From a virus: 64,000 bases of DNA. Under the pieces are notes generated by a model. The model was not told the origin of the DNA. It made no database searches and saw only the letters and a program-made list of their open reading frames with translations. Both the position numbers and the translations under genes were made by a program. The stretch lies in the IMG/VR virus record IMGVR_UViG_3300010149_000010. One strand, given 5' to 3'. Positions within the stretch are counted from its first letter, which is position 1. Every line of letters starts with the position of its first letter. Of this stretch, positions 22,001 through 31,000 are shown one piece after another.

Positions 22001-23105
22001 CTTGAGACGCCCTATGATCTTTTAATGCTTCGAAAGATCTTTCTGCGCCAGCATCTATTTGTGCACCGAACTGCTTGGCTTCAAAAGATGCATTTGCAAT
22101 CCATGTTATTTTGCCTTTTATTGCATTCGCTAAATCCTTAGTCATCAAGTCTTCAATAGAGTCAGTGCTTTTGAAAACTAAACCACCCTTGAACTTTTCA
22201 GAAAGTTCACCCCTAGAACGACCTGTGGTTTCATGTATGAAATCTATCAGATCGTCGCTCGTAGCTTTGCCCGTTGATATCGCGTCAAACATCTTCCTTT
22301 TAGTTACAGTTTCTGGACTTAACGCTTTTCCTGCTTCATCTACCCCTATGCCGGCTTTAATTAATTTGTCTTCATCAGCTAATAAGAGCGCTTGAAACCT
22401 ATCCGTCTCTATTAAATAATCTTGAATCGAAGATTTTAAAGCGACGTCTGTCTCGACTAAAGGCTTTACTTCTTCAGCTAGCTGAAAAACGCTAATTTCA
22501 TTTTTGGCAAATTTATCTCTAATTTCAGCTAGCTCCGTGCTCAAGCTACCAGGCTCTTCTCCAATCTTCAACATGTCGACTAGAGTAGATATAAACTTAC
22601 CTTCTCTGTGACTTCTTACGTCTTGCTTTTTTCCTACTAATCTTCTTGGACCTCTTCTCGAAAGCGCTTCCTCCCCACCTGCTTTGTCTTGTGTTATCAA
22701 CTCAGGCTTAGGGCTAAACATATACCCCTTTTGCTCTGCAGGGTTGTATACAGCGACCTGGTGGATTATGTCACCACCTTTAAGACCTGTAGTTTCGATG
22801 TCCATTAAAATTGATTTTTTTAATATTTCATCTTTAGAAAGTTTTGTAGCAGGGCCTATTTTTTTTACATCATATTTTACTTCTCCAGAGCTCGTAACTC
22901 CAGTCGCTTCAGTAGCAGCAACAGAAATTATTTTGGCGTTTTTACCATAAGCAGCTTTCACTTTTTGAAGTATGTCGGCTTCTACTTGTTTCGGTTTTAA
23001 AGGAAACCCATATTCTTGTTTTACGCCGTCTACTTCTAACTCAACAAATATTATTTGGGTTGCATCTGTCGTATTAATATAGCTGTAATACTTATTCTTA
23101 ATCAT
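19020..23105 (-). CDS. Large protein with N-terminal DEDD exonuclease-like motif and C-terminal thermonuclease (SNase) domain
   Basis: ILMDIETTGL (ExoI-like) near N-terminus; DADTI..IRLAGIDAPET..QPY..DTTYGRQVGMIYVDGKNLNLELVRRGAA is the SNase signature. Confidence 0.75.
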   Translation of the reverse strand: MIKNKYYSYINTTDATQIIFVELEVDGVKQEYGFPLKPKQVEADILQKVKAAYGKNAKIISVAATEATGVTSSGEVKYDVKKIGPATKLSKDEILKKSILMDIETTGLKGGDIIHQVAVYNPAEQKGYMFSPKPELITQDKAGGEEALSRRGPRRLVGKKQDVRSHREGKFISTLVDMLKIGEEPGSLSTELAEIRDKFAKNEISVFQLAEEVKPLVETDVALKSSIQDYLIETDRFQALLLADEDKLIKAGIGVDEAGKALSPETVTKRKMFDAISTGKATSDDLIDFIHETTGRSRGELSEKFKGGLVFKSTDSIEDLMTKDLANAIKGKITWIANASFEAKQFGAQIDAGAERSFEALKDHRASQGLVPLDRKQFFEGFQYGRYQSELSALNLAENKNLLTQNPFYGVIEGVSSTSGDPFYTTGVEYNKQRSLALKSGDFSGMYKALLEHTQEGDVRDIIDMVKAQQSQLINEGIIDQKGPTSLSMEVQGRLFGFTEQLRLAEDSGEIASIDDAVKAMREAESHMALGDVAITEDKVLKESLDQLEAKRLVDIGGREGQELLAQAKAGKGAYFRFMTYGHLSNYYNQEARLVDGTVSKGLDEIGFRQRVGKSMLERIDRGAVTIRESKPGFRVVEQAKKIGDITSKEKITVGPQSKQVRITSFDEIFDHLNGLDTYKNVDKAEILEEAKKTYGRFLDSEGDIADSPGMRKAALQQSEAAPEVHRMFKERLSGGQFSEDFLRNIQRFMGSEAPRQKQIEVPTKALGSHINKETISDGLSKPKPQSNLSEVVPKALEGGSGSKKLPPVSSAAESVSRSAKRKSSLYLNKSIREIAKMHLGKYAAIAGGLAALSTKTSYEDEKSGQLIAPDLSKFLEAQSQFYGGNQESYVKSIKAKYGRIEGMQESGLGSLMRKALTDFGSPYQGPAYTQGVLEDHQMRRERHRYIQQKFGQRHFSEKGDIGFFFKKFISTAFRRQMGISKESKNIIFSGAERLSEDAYGGSLRGKNLIEYKFDKKRFNLNVQDADTISIQRKGNVNSPLSDFMGTGKQESMSIRLAGIDAPETAHADRKAQPYAEKAKAIARDLINKAKDVRLVTSPDDTTYGRQVGMIYVDGKNLNLELVRRGAAAYLPYKSKGKPPIYNQQAFESAQEYAQDSKRGMWKTGFFQAYKEIVRASGETTTFNTLANVRKVAKNANLMSIRSLMNQAQSSGGVTDQIMDDIKGVSEKLKAGQSKNSVSVFKPDRKYSLPHDLDLQSFGYNTNSILSHMDEMKSDLGGMVKNRGSKGSGAKLNSRSLRENNYHLVKDTLSAKKVHEANKIQNQESNEMKKIQKYKRQVAMESLQVAANHNMFNSPISHHRM

Positions 23106-23862
23106 CTAAAAGTATCTCTTCTGCGCCTTCTGGCGCTTCTATAGAATACAGAGCCTCTCTCAAACGAGATATCTCTTCTAGTACTCTCGAGTTATTATTA
23201 GACTCGCCCATCTTAATCATGAACTCTGCTTTGGTCTTTCTAGTTTGAACCAACTTGTCCAACCACTTCTCACGTCGCTTCTCCAATCTATCAATCATTT
23301 CTATGATTGGGTGTAGCTTAGTTGTTTCAGCTCTATCTCCATTCTCATTAAAACCAGTAATATCTGTCATCATAAAATCACGTCCATCACCTTTTTTATC
23401 GCCTTGAGATAAAACCATTAAGCTGCGGTTTTTATACAAGTCTATTAAAGCTAACTCATTCACTATAGACATTTCTACAGGATCATTAGGATCAACATCT
23501 AAGTGCTGCAAGTAGTCTATAATTTTTTGTTCTACAAAAAACTTTTCCATGACGCATTCGCGTCCAACAGGATAATTAGATATCGGCCCAAAGTCCAGAT
23601 TCCCTTCCACGTCCATATCCGGTATAGGGCAACGTTTAACGAACGGACATTTTTCAGGGCCTAGGCAGACTAAAGGCGCAGAAGCATGCACACCACTTTT
23701 TATTGCGCTAACAGACTGTTTGACGCGCGTTAATTTTTTACTGTCTAATCTTGCTAGATAACTGGAATACTCATCACTAGATTTTGTTATAGTTTCGAAA
23801 AATTTGCCTTGGCGCAATTCTTTTGAATCATCTTTTTCAATTTTTACAAGTGAGTCTTTCAT
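23098..23862 (-). CDS. Hypothetical protein, possible terminase small subunit
   Basis: 254 aa, first gene of late operon; Cys cluster (C..C..C..C) then helical region with KLHPIIEMIDRLEKRR. Confidence 0.35.
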   Translation of the reverse strand: MKDSLVKIEKDDSKELRQGKFFETITKSSDEYSSYLARLDSKKLTRVKQSVSAIKSGVHASAPLVCLGPEKCPFVKRCPIPDMDVEGNLDFGPISNYPVGRECVMEKFFVEQKIIDYLQHLDVDPNDPVEMSIVNELALIDLYKNRSLMVLSQGDKKGDGRDFMMTDITGFNENGDRAETTKLHPIIEMIDRLEKRREKWLDKLVQTRKTKAEFMIKMGESNNNSRVLEEISRLREALYSIEAPEGAEEILLDD

Positions 23863-24184
23863 GCAATCTTTTCCTTATATTTTATGTTTAATAATAGCAT
23901 ATTCCATTTTCTGGTTTAAAGGCAACGCCAGAATAGTATTTGATATGCATTTGACACCATTCAGGTGGTGGCTTTACACCAGCTTGATAACCAACTACCT
24001 CATGCTTTGGTCCTGGTGGCATTTAGTAGCAAGGTATAAAATATGGGGAGCTATGGCAATAACTTATTGTTTGCATGCTATCATTGAGTTAAGTTTGAAT
24101 TCTTACTTTTACAGCCCGCCCGCCATGAAACAGATTGCAGGTATCTTTTTACTGCTATCTGGCACTTATTTAATAATGAGGTGA
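23861..24184 (+). CDS. Small membrane protein (SMR/DMT-like, about 4 TM)
   Basis: Hydrophobic helices ending KQIAGIFLLLSGTYLI; start MQSFP. Confidence 0.5.
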   Translation: MQSFPYILCLIIAYSIFWFKGNARIVFDMHLTPFRWWLYTSLITNYLMLWSWWHLVARYKIWGAMAITYCLHAIIELSLNSYFYSPPAMKQIAGIFLLLSGTYLIMR

Positions 24185-24187
24185 TAC

Positions 24188-24556
24188 ATGAATTCTACAG
24201 TAACCCTACCCAAAACCAAAAATTATCAACATGTCAGACACTGGGACTTGGTTGACATTTGGAAAGACTCAGCTTCGCTTCAACCAATAGAAGTTAAGGT
24301 AGATACGCTTTGGAAGGAATATGAAGGGATTTATTGTTGGCTGGAAGTTGGTGACAAAGTTACTCATGCTCATTTTTTGCACCATCTAGACAGGATAATG
24401 AGCGCTGACCTAAGTTACCCTATAATACTCTCTGAAGAAAACTACATTATGGATGGCGTGCATAGGCTTATGAAATGTAAGTACCTAGGTATAACGTCTA
24501 TTCATTGTTTAAAATTTAAAAAAGACCCTGTGTCAAAAGGAAAAATTAATGCTTAA
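24188..24556 (+). CDS. ParB/Srx-like N-terminal domain protein
   Basis: ADLSYPIIL..YIMDGVHRLMK motif. Confidence 0.7.
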   Translation: MNSTVTLPKTKNYQHVRHWDLVDIWKDSASLQPIEVKVDTLWKEYEGIYCWLEVGDKVTHAHFLHHLDRIMSADLSYPIILSEENYIMDGVHRLMKCKYLGITSIHCLKFKKDPVSKGKINA

Positions 24557-24758
24557 AAGGCAGAAAATATCTAAACTACCAATACAAGAGATAAACCAAC
24601 ATATCTCAGCATACGAAAGGATGCTTGATTTTTATCAAGATTATTTAAATACTAAAGGTGATTACATTTACGTCAATGAGAGAGTCCAGTATTTAAATGG
24701 TAAATTAGCAGAATGTCTAATTGCGCGAGAAATCCATATAGAAGAAAACACCCAATAG
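24549..24758 (+). CDS. Hypothetical protein
   Basis: 69-aa ORF overlapping previous stop. Confidence 0.5.
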   Translation: MLKRQKISKLPIQEINQHISAYERMLDFYQDYLNTKGDYIYVNERVQYLNGKLAECLIAREIHIEENTQ

Positions 24759-25097
24759 GGCCAGCCTTAGTTTAAAATTAAAAAATTTAAATTTGAGCTT
24801 TTTAATATTAGCCGAAATAAAACAGGCACCTTTTCTATAAAAGCAAAAGATTGATTGATGAATCGGGGGAGAGTAGTTGGGTGATGTGTACGAATGATAT
24901 AAATTATATTTAGAAAAGGCCCTATGGTTGGATCGAAATATATAAATTATATTTGGGGGTATTTATATTAATGGTGTTTTTGCACTCTTAGAGTTGCGAG
25001 CCCACCCCCGTTTGAGCATGGGTTAAGCTTCCCCCCTACACATCAGTGATAAATCACACACCTACATCACTGATTTTTGCCCCAGAAGGACATTATT

Positions 25098-25568
25098 ATG
25101 GATACTTGGCAAATCATCGCCATCATCTTCACAACCCTTCACCTTGCTTTCTTTTCACAATACTTTATCTTGGGATGCTCTATCTTAGAGCATATTGAGA
25201 ATAAGAAAATTGAAGCAGGTAACCGAGCATACGCTGCTTGGAAGCTTGGGTTTATCGCCCCTCGCAACCTTGCTTATATAAATGCAATCGCCTCTCAGCC
25301 TTTCTACCTCTTTGAGGTGGCAAAGTGGGAGAACCTTCAGGTCTATCATCATGTTGATGGAACCTGGTATGACATTGATTCTGGTAACTTAAGGGGTTAC
25401 GTCAAGATCAATAGGGAAGGCCAGATTGGTTTCAGTAAAAATCGGCATCTCGTAGAGAGTAAGTGTCGTATCATGCTCAGAGTTAGTGAGGGTGGGCTTT
25501 GCTATATCTTGGATCCTTCACTCAGAAAGAGTGAGAGAAACAGGTGGCATGAGCGCTGGTCCATCTAA
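25098..25568 (+). CDS. Hypothetical protein with N-terminal TM helix
   Basis: GAAGGACATTATT-ATG leader; hydrophobic N-terminus. Confidence 0.6.
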   Translation: MDTWQIIAIIFTTLHLAFFSQYFILGCSILEHIENKKIEAGNRAYAAWKLGFIAPRNLAYINAIASQPFYLFEVAKWENLQVYHHVDGTWYDIDSGNLRGYVKINREGQIGFSKNRHLVESKCRIMLRVSEGGLCYILDPSLRKSERNRWHERWSI

Positions 25569-25580
25569 ATTTTATCCTAG

Positions 25581-25660
25581 AAAAGTGCTATGTTTTCGGA
25601 AGCCCCCTTCGGGGCTTTTTTTAATTTACCCTACTTCAATGGATGCTTAAGCACATCCAT
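25581..25660 (+). promoter_or_regulatory. Intergenic module copy 1: intrinsic terminator + TTAATTT-N10-AATGG + hairpin
   Basis: AAGCCCC/GGGGCTT hairpin with T tract, then motif, then GGATG/CATCC hairpin; repeated at 27036 and 27854. Confidence 0.65.
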
Positions 25661-25732
25661 CTCTCATGTTGAGGGTAAAGCGCACCAGTGCAATGCTTCT
25701 ACGCAATTCTTCGTTGTCGGAAGGACATCATC

Positions 25733-27022
25733 ATGCGTAACTTATCTATCCTTGCCTTTATTGGCTTCCTATTCTTATTCACTGGCTGCGGCGTTGTGCG
25801 CAATGTGGCCTCAACCCTCAACCACGAGATCTGCGAAAAGAGCTACAACAAGTTTGTATGCCCAACCGTATCTGAACCAGCACATACACCCCTCTGCTAT
25901 GGGGTAAGTGTACGCACCACTGCCGGAGTCGATAACTTTGCCCATACCGATCAGGGGCCATTTTGCAAGAAACTCCAAAATGAGGCTACGCGTAAAGCCT
26001 TCCAATCAAAGCCAGGGACAACCTGCGCCATCAAAGGCAAGGGTAAATTTCAGAAGGTTGTATGTGCCGGCTTCCATCACGCTGGCGGCATCTTACTCAT
26101 CCTCTTGACGCTTCTTTGGGGGCGTGGTTTACGCGATCTTATGGTCGCTAGTGTAGAGAATGAAGATACCCGTCGCCCCTTTGATGGAATGTGGGAGGGG
26201 TGCAGAGTGATGATTATCGCCTGCATTGGGGCTGTGGTTTTACTAGCGTTAACCACAAACGCTTATAGCCAGCCTTGTGTCAACAAGGCTTATACAATAA
26301 GTCAACCGTCTGACATCTTGGAGTGCGAGATGACCCTCTCCACTCCAGAGAGCAACATGAGGTATACTTTAACGGCCCTAGATTTGGCTCAAGATAAAGT
26401 CTGCAATATACACCATCCGAACATGGGCATTGTAGCTTGCTACGACCTCTATGACGAGGCCCGCGCCCTCTTTAAGGCGAGGGCAGCCTTGTTGATGCTG
26501 AAAGAAGCGACACGAATCGTTGATATCAATGAAAGCGTCACGACCCCCACGCCATGTGGGGCAAATAAGCACTTGTGTGCTTCAGTGGGATGGGATAAGG
26601 CAAGTGGAATCGGCCTATTCTTTTCCTTCATCATTTCTTTACTCCTCTCTCGTCGCAAGACGAGAGAGGAGTGGTTCGGTTTTGAAACACTCCTGTACAG
26701 GGAGACGAGGAACGCCGTTTGGGCAATCGAGGACGAGCTATACAAAGCTCGTTGGATCGAGCGTGTGATTGAGGCTGCAATCACTCTCGCAGCCTTCTCT
26801 TTTGGGGGGCTCGTATTAGGGATTACATCCACCTTCTTGGCCCAGAAGAGATACGGGTGGGCGAGCATCTTCTGTGTGTTCGTATCAGTTCTCCTCTGGG
26901 GCTCTGCCCTGGAATGGATCCTTTTTGTACTCAAAGCATTAACGTGCTTCCTCTCAAACACTGAGGAGGGGTTCCGTTTCGTTAGGTGGGCGCTCCATCA
27001 GCGATGGAAACGTCAACTGTAA
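25733..27022 (+). CDS. Multi-segment exported/membrane protein with lipoprotein-type signal
   Basis: MRNLSILAFIGFLFLFTGC lipobox-like start, Cys-rich domains, several TM segments; GAAGGACATCATC-ATG leader. Confidence 0.6.
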   Translation: MRNLSILAFIGFLFLFTGCGVVRNVASTLNHEICEKSYNKFVCPTVSEPAHTPLCYGVSVRTTAGVDNFAHTDQGPFCKKLQNEATRKAFQSKPGTTCAIKGKGKFQKVVCAGFHHAGGILLILLTLLWGRGLRDLMVASVENEDTRRPFDGMWEGCRVMIIACIGAVVLLALTTNAYSQPCVNKAYTISQPSDILECEMTLSTPESNMRYTLTALDLAQDKVCNIHHPNMGIVACYDLYDEARALFKARAALLMLKEATRIVDINESVTTPTPCGANKHLCASVGWDKASGIGLFFSFIISLLLSRRKTREEWFGFETLLYRETRNAVWAIEDELYKARWIERVIEAAITLAAFSFGGLVLGITSTFLAQKRYGWASIFCVFVSVLLWGSALEWILFVLKALTCFLSNTEEGFRFVRWALHQRWKRQL

Positions 27023-27035
27023 GTAAAACAATCAA

Positions 27036-27115
27036 AAAAGTATTTATGTTTTTTGGAGCTCCCTTTTGGGAGCTTTTTTTAATTTACTCCTTTTAATGGG
27101 GGTTTAACATCCTCC
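27036..27115 (+). promoter_or_regulatory. Intergenic module copy 2: terminator + TTAATTT-N9-AATGG + hairpin
   Basis: GAGCTCCC-TTTT-GGGAGCTT plus T tract; shares upstream AAAAGT..TATGTTTT with copy 1. Confidence 0.65.
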
Positions 27116-27175
27116 TTTGTAATTCTGCATAAAAAAAAGTGTAACCTAAATGTAGCCAAATACAGGAGTATTACT

Positions 27176-27814
27176 ATGGCTTATAAAATCTTTAACAACA
27201 CAGGGCGAGCCCTGTGCAGCGAAAGAGAGAATGGTTTTATTGTTCTCTTCTCAGAAAAAAGAGATTTCAAAGACTACCAATTCAACGACCTCGACGGAAA
27301 AGCGATAGTAGAGGCGATCTGGAGTCCAAGCGGTTTTGTTGACGCTCACTATTTCTTCTTCAGCAAAGTCTGGTTTTCTGCAGACAAGGTGAGATCATTC
27401 AACGATCTGTGCATCGTAAAGCGTGATCCAGCGTACCCAGAGCGCTTCATCGAAACACCTGTCAAGGAACTTAAAGAGAGCGTATTCCAGGCAATTCTTT
27501 CATGTTCATTTGACGGTGTTTCTGATGACGAGCTTCAAGACCTTGCTAATCTTCGATCCACATTTGAAGATGATCTTCGTCGCGCAAGAGACGAGGTAGA
27601 GAGATTCGCGCATTCGTGGAGATGCAGGGATGGGAGCGTTCTCCCAGCACACGATCAAAAGGTCATTATCCAGCTCCGTGAAGAAGAAAAGAAGAGGGTC
27701 GACCCATCACTGTTGCTCCATTCCTATCACCACCTTATGATGGAGTTCAGAAGAGAGCTCCATCGCAGAGGACTAATTCTGAGAATGGGGAACATCGTTC
27801 CTTTTCAATATTGA
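27176..27814 (+). CDS. Hypothetical early protein
   Basis: 212-aa ORF with AGGAG SD. Confidence 0.7.
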   Translation: MAYKIFNNTGRALCSERENGFIVLFSEKRDFKDYQFNDLDGKAIVEAIWSPSGFVDAHYFFFSKVWFSADKVRSFNDLCIVKRDPAYPERFIETPVKELKESVFQAILSCSFDGVSDDELQDLANLRSTFEDDLRRARDEVERFAHSWRCRDGSVLPAHDQKVIIQLREEEKKRVDPSLLLHSYHHLMMEFRRELHRRGLILRMGNIVPFQY

Positions 27815-27853
27815 TCGCTAAAAGAGCCAACTGAAGATTAAGAAACACCTAAA

Positions 27854-27930
27854 GCCCTGGAGTGCACCACCGCACTTCGGGGCAGTTTTTTAATTTGTTT
27901 CCTTTAATGGAGAGATTATAGCAACTCTCC
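27854..27930 (+). promoter_or_regulatory. Intergenic module copy 3: terminator + TTAATTT-N9-AATGG + hairpin
   Basis: GCCCTGGAGTGC/GCACTTCGGGGC stem plus T tract; GGAGAG/CTCTCC hairpin; upstream of polymerase gene. Confidence 0.6.
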
Positions 27931-28002
27931 AGCCTTCAGAATAGAAGGTGCCATTAGGCTTCGTGGTATACACACAACCCCCTACAGAAAGGGACTGAGA
28001 CA

Positions 28003-31000
28003 ATGCGTAAAGCAATTTTCTCACTTTTCCTTGGCCTGCTGTGGGCAGCTAGCTGTTATTCAGTCTATGTTGCTCCTCTAGCATTGCCTGCGTCCGCCGT
28101 GGATGCAGCGCCAATTGTTCATCCTTCAGCAGAGGTCGCAAAACCTCTTGCTACCAACCGCACTGACAACGCAACTGCTGAGATTGACCATCTTCGCAGT
28201 ACTACTATTAACAGTGGAAGCTCTACCCCTAGTCAAGGTACCTTCCCCATTAATAACCCTAACGCATTACGTCCTCGTCGTAGAGGTATTATGCGTCGCA
28301 GAAAGCTGAAGTCACGAAAGGGCAACCGCCTTGTTAGTGATGCCTTTATCAAATTTGTCTTTGGTTACCACCGTGTAACTTACATGAGTGGCAATTGGCT
28401 GTGTTACGAAGAGACGCCTTACACAGAGGCAGACTTCAAAGTGAGTAAACCAGCTAAAGCTCGTAAGAAAGCGAAGAAATCCTGGCGTCAGCTAAAGGGT
28501 GAGGCAACACGTCTTTACCAGAAGGCTGCAAAGCTTCGTAAGCGCAATCCAGAATATCCGCCTGCAATAGCCTGTGCGGTGTTTGCCAAAGCACAAAAAC
28601 TTCATCATAAAGCCAATGATATGAAGAAGGCATTAAAAGAGGCTCAACCGACAGCACGTCAACAGCGTTCATTCCGACGCTCAGTGTTGAGAGCGGAAGC
28701 CAAAACTTGCGAGCAGTTTATCAAAGCTGAGTTAGTGAGCAATGTGGACCAAGCTAAAGAGCTGATTCAAAAGGTCCTCAGTGGTGACACTAATGGAGCT
28801 GCATTGAGACTATTACAAAAATCTCAATTAGGGCGCATTTACGTAAAATATGGTATCCTCCAGGCGCCGATGAAAGAGGAAGAAGTCGAGAGACCTACGA
28901 ACCCAGTAGTCAGACACATCAAAGTAGCAGAAACCCCTGCAAGGGTATGGACCCCATTGATGCGTGCAGCGATTATAGTTATTGCACCACTCATGCTAGG
29001 TATGGATGCGGATGTAGGTACCGTCGCAGAAGTCACTTATGCTAGTGCTTCTGGTGGTATTTTAATGATGACCCTGAAGAACGTCTTGAATACTCCAGCC
29101 CGTAAGCGTGAAGCAGCGCAAGACGGGTACAATCGTTACGCAGAGCAGTCGATCAAAGCTGCAAAGGGTAGTGAATGGGATGTTTTCTCCCTCATGCGAT
29201 TCAGTCGCAGTGGTAAAGGTGCGCCGATCACCAACGGCAAAGCCCACGATACTGACAAGCAGAAGGGTCGTGCTGTCCGTATTATTCAAGATAGCATCGG
29301 CGGGGCGTACTGCCCAAAGGTAAAGTCATTCGCCAGGATGCTTGGAATTGAACTCGGCGTGGACAACTGTCTCCGTTATGAAGTTGACGACCAAATGGAT
29401 GAGGTACTAAAAGCTGACGTCGTCGAGATCTTAATGGCAGCCAGCTTTGTTATTCTTTGTGACGGCTTTGCTGTTCACAAGAGCATTGCTCGCCCCTTCA
29501 TTGAGTACGGGGAGACTATGTTCGGCAATGCTGTAGCTGTGCGCTCTTACTTCCGCAGTCTAATCACCACACCAGAGCTCTACACGGTCAACCAGGACTT
29601 ACCTATCTTCTTGGGTGACCTCGATGAGCTTATGGGATGGGCGGAGAACGATGGTGGCGCTGTGCATACCAATCGCCTGAGCGTGAGCATGCAGTTCCGA
29701 GGGATCGCGAAAGTGCTTGAGGCGAAGTACCGCATCTTGTCCAAGGGCATCACAACTTCTGCTAAGGTTATTGCTGACATCACTGATGACGTCGACAAGC
29801 CTGTCTTCGTCAACTATGAAGGCGATGAGGAAGGCCACATCAAGGGTGAGGTTCGCCTAAGCAAAAAGGTTGACGAGTGCATCCGTGTTGCAGTAGAGGA
29901 AGAATTCAACGCTCTGCATGCTGTTAACACGGCGACTAAAGAGCAGCTTTGCTTAGTTGCAGGAATTGGCCCTAAGACCGCTGAAAAGATCGTTGAAGCT
30001 CGTAATGCTGCAGGTGGGGCATTCGCTGACATGGATGCGTTCTACAACGTGTCAAGGCGCCTTGATCCCAGCAACCCGGACGCGCTTCGCGTCTTGCGTT
30101 GGTCTTTTGGCCACAAGGGCCGTGTTTACTCAGTGGGCCTATTCCTTGACAAGGGTTGTCTCAAGGGAGAAGACAAGAATGCTTGGGACTGGAACAAGCT
30201 CAACTTCTTCGGCGTCAACGGCCAAAATGTCGACTTCTGGTCTATCGCTATCGACCAGATTGGCGGCAAGATCAGCTTGGGCTGGCAGGTAGTCCAGTTA
30301 TTAGACGCTGACTTCATCGGCGGTTTGTTCAAGAACACTGATGGTAGTCTTGGAATCGCGGCCCAAAAGTTAGCGCGCCAGATCGACAATGCAATCGAGC
30401 AGGAACACCCTCTTTGTAAGCATCTCCTTGATGCAATTGAAGACAAGGGCGGTGACATTGAAAACTTGATGTCAGCCGTAAAAGCTATTTCCGTGCTTCA
30501 GGGCCTCGGGAAGACCGCCTCTAAGCGCATCAGCAATGGTCTCGGTGCGAAGGCAGGATCTTACTATGTTCAGATGATCGACATGGGTGGCGACTGGGTA
30601 ATTATCAAAACACCCAAGGCCAAGGATGGCAAGGGTTACAAGCGATGGGCTACTTGCTTCTTCGGTCGTACACCGAACCAGGGGCACGAGACCGTCCGCG
30701 CACCTATGGCGCTATCACCAACTTATGTCGGTGGATTCTTGAGGGATTATCTTGATAATGGCTTTGACGCTGTAGAGAAGCACGGCAAACAAGCCGTAAA
30801 ATTCGTTATGGGTCTCAATGATGCTTGTGGTCATGATACCGATGTAGTACGTCTTCGCTGCCGTGCGATCTTGACGATGCTCCCAGCTGTAATTGATGGA
30901 ATTGCTTTAGTCGACTCAACTCTACAACAAAAGGTATGCGGCGACAATGATGGCGACCGTAACATGATCAGCTTCGACAAGATGCTCGTTGCAATCGCCA

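Noticed and set aside
930-22950. Numerous plus-strand ORFs opposite structural genes (for example 14233-14949)
   Set aside because: Shadow ORFs of long minus-strand genes
27831-27850. Minimal hammerhead CTGAAGA-TTAA-GAAAC
   Set aside because: No stem II and no complementary stem III with an NUH triplet found nearby
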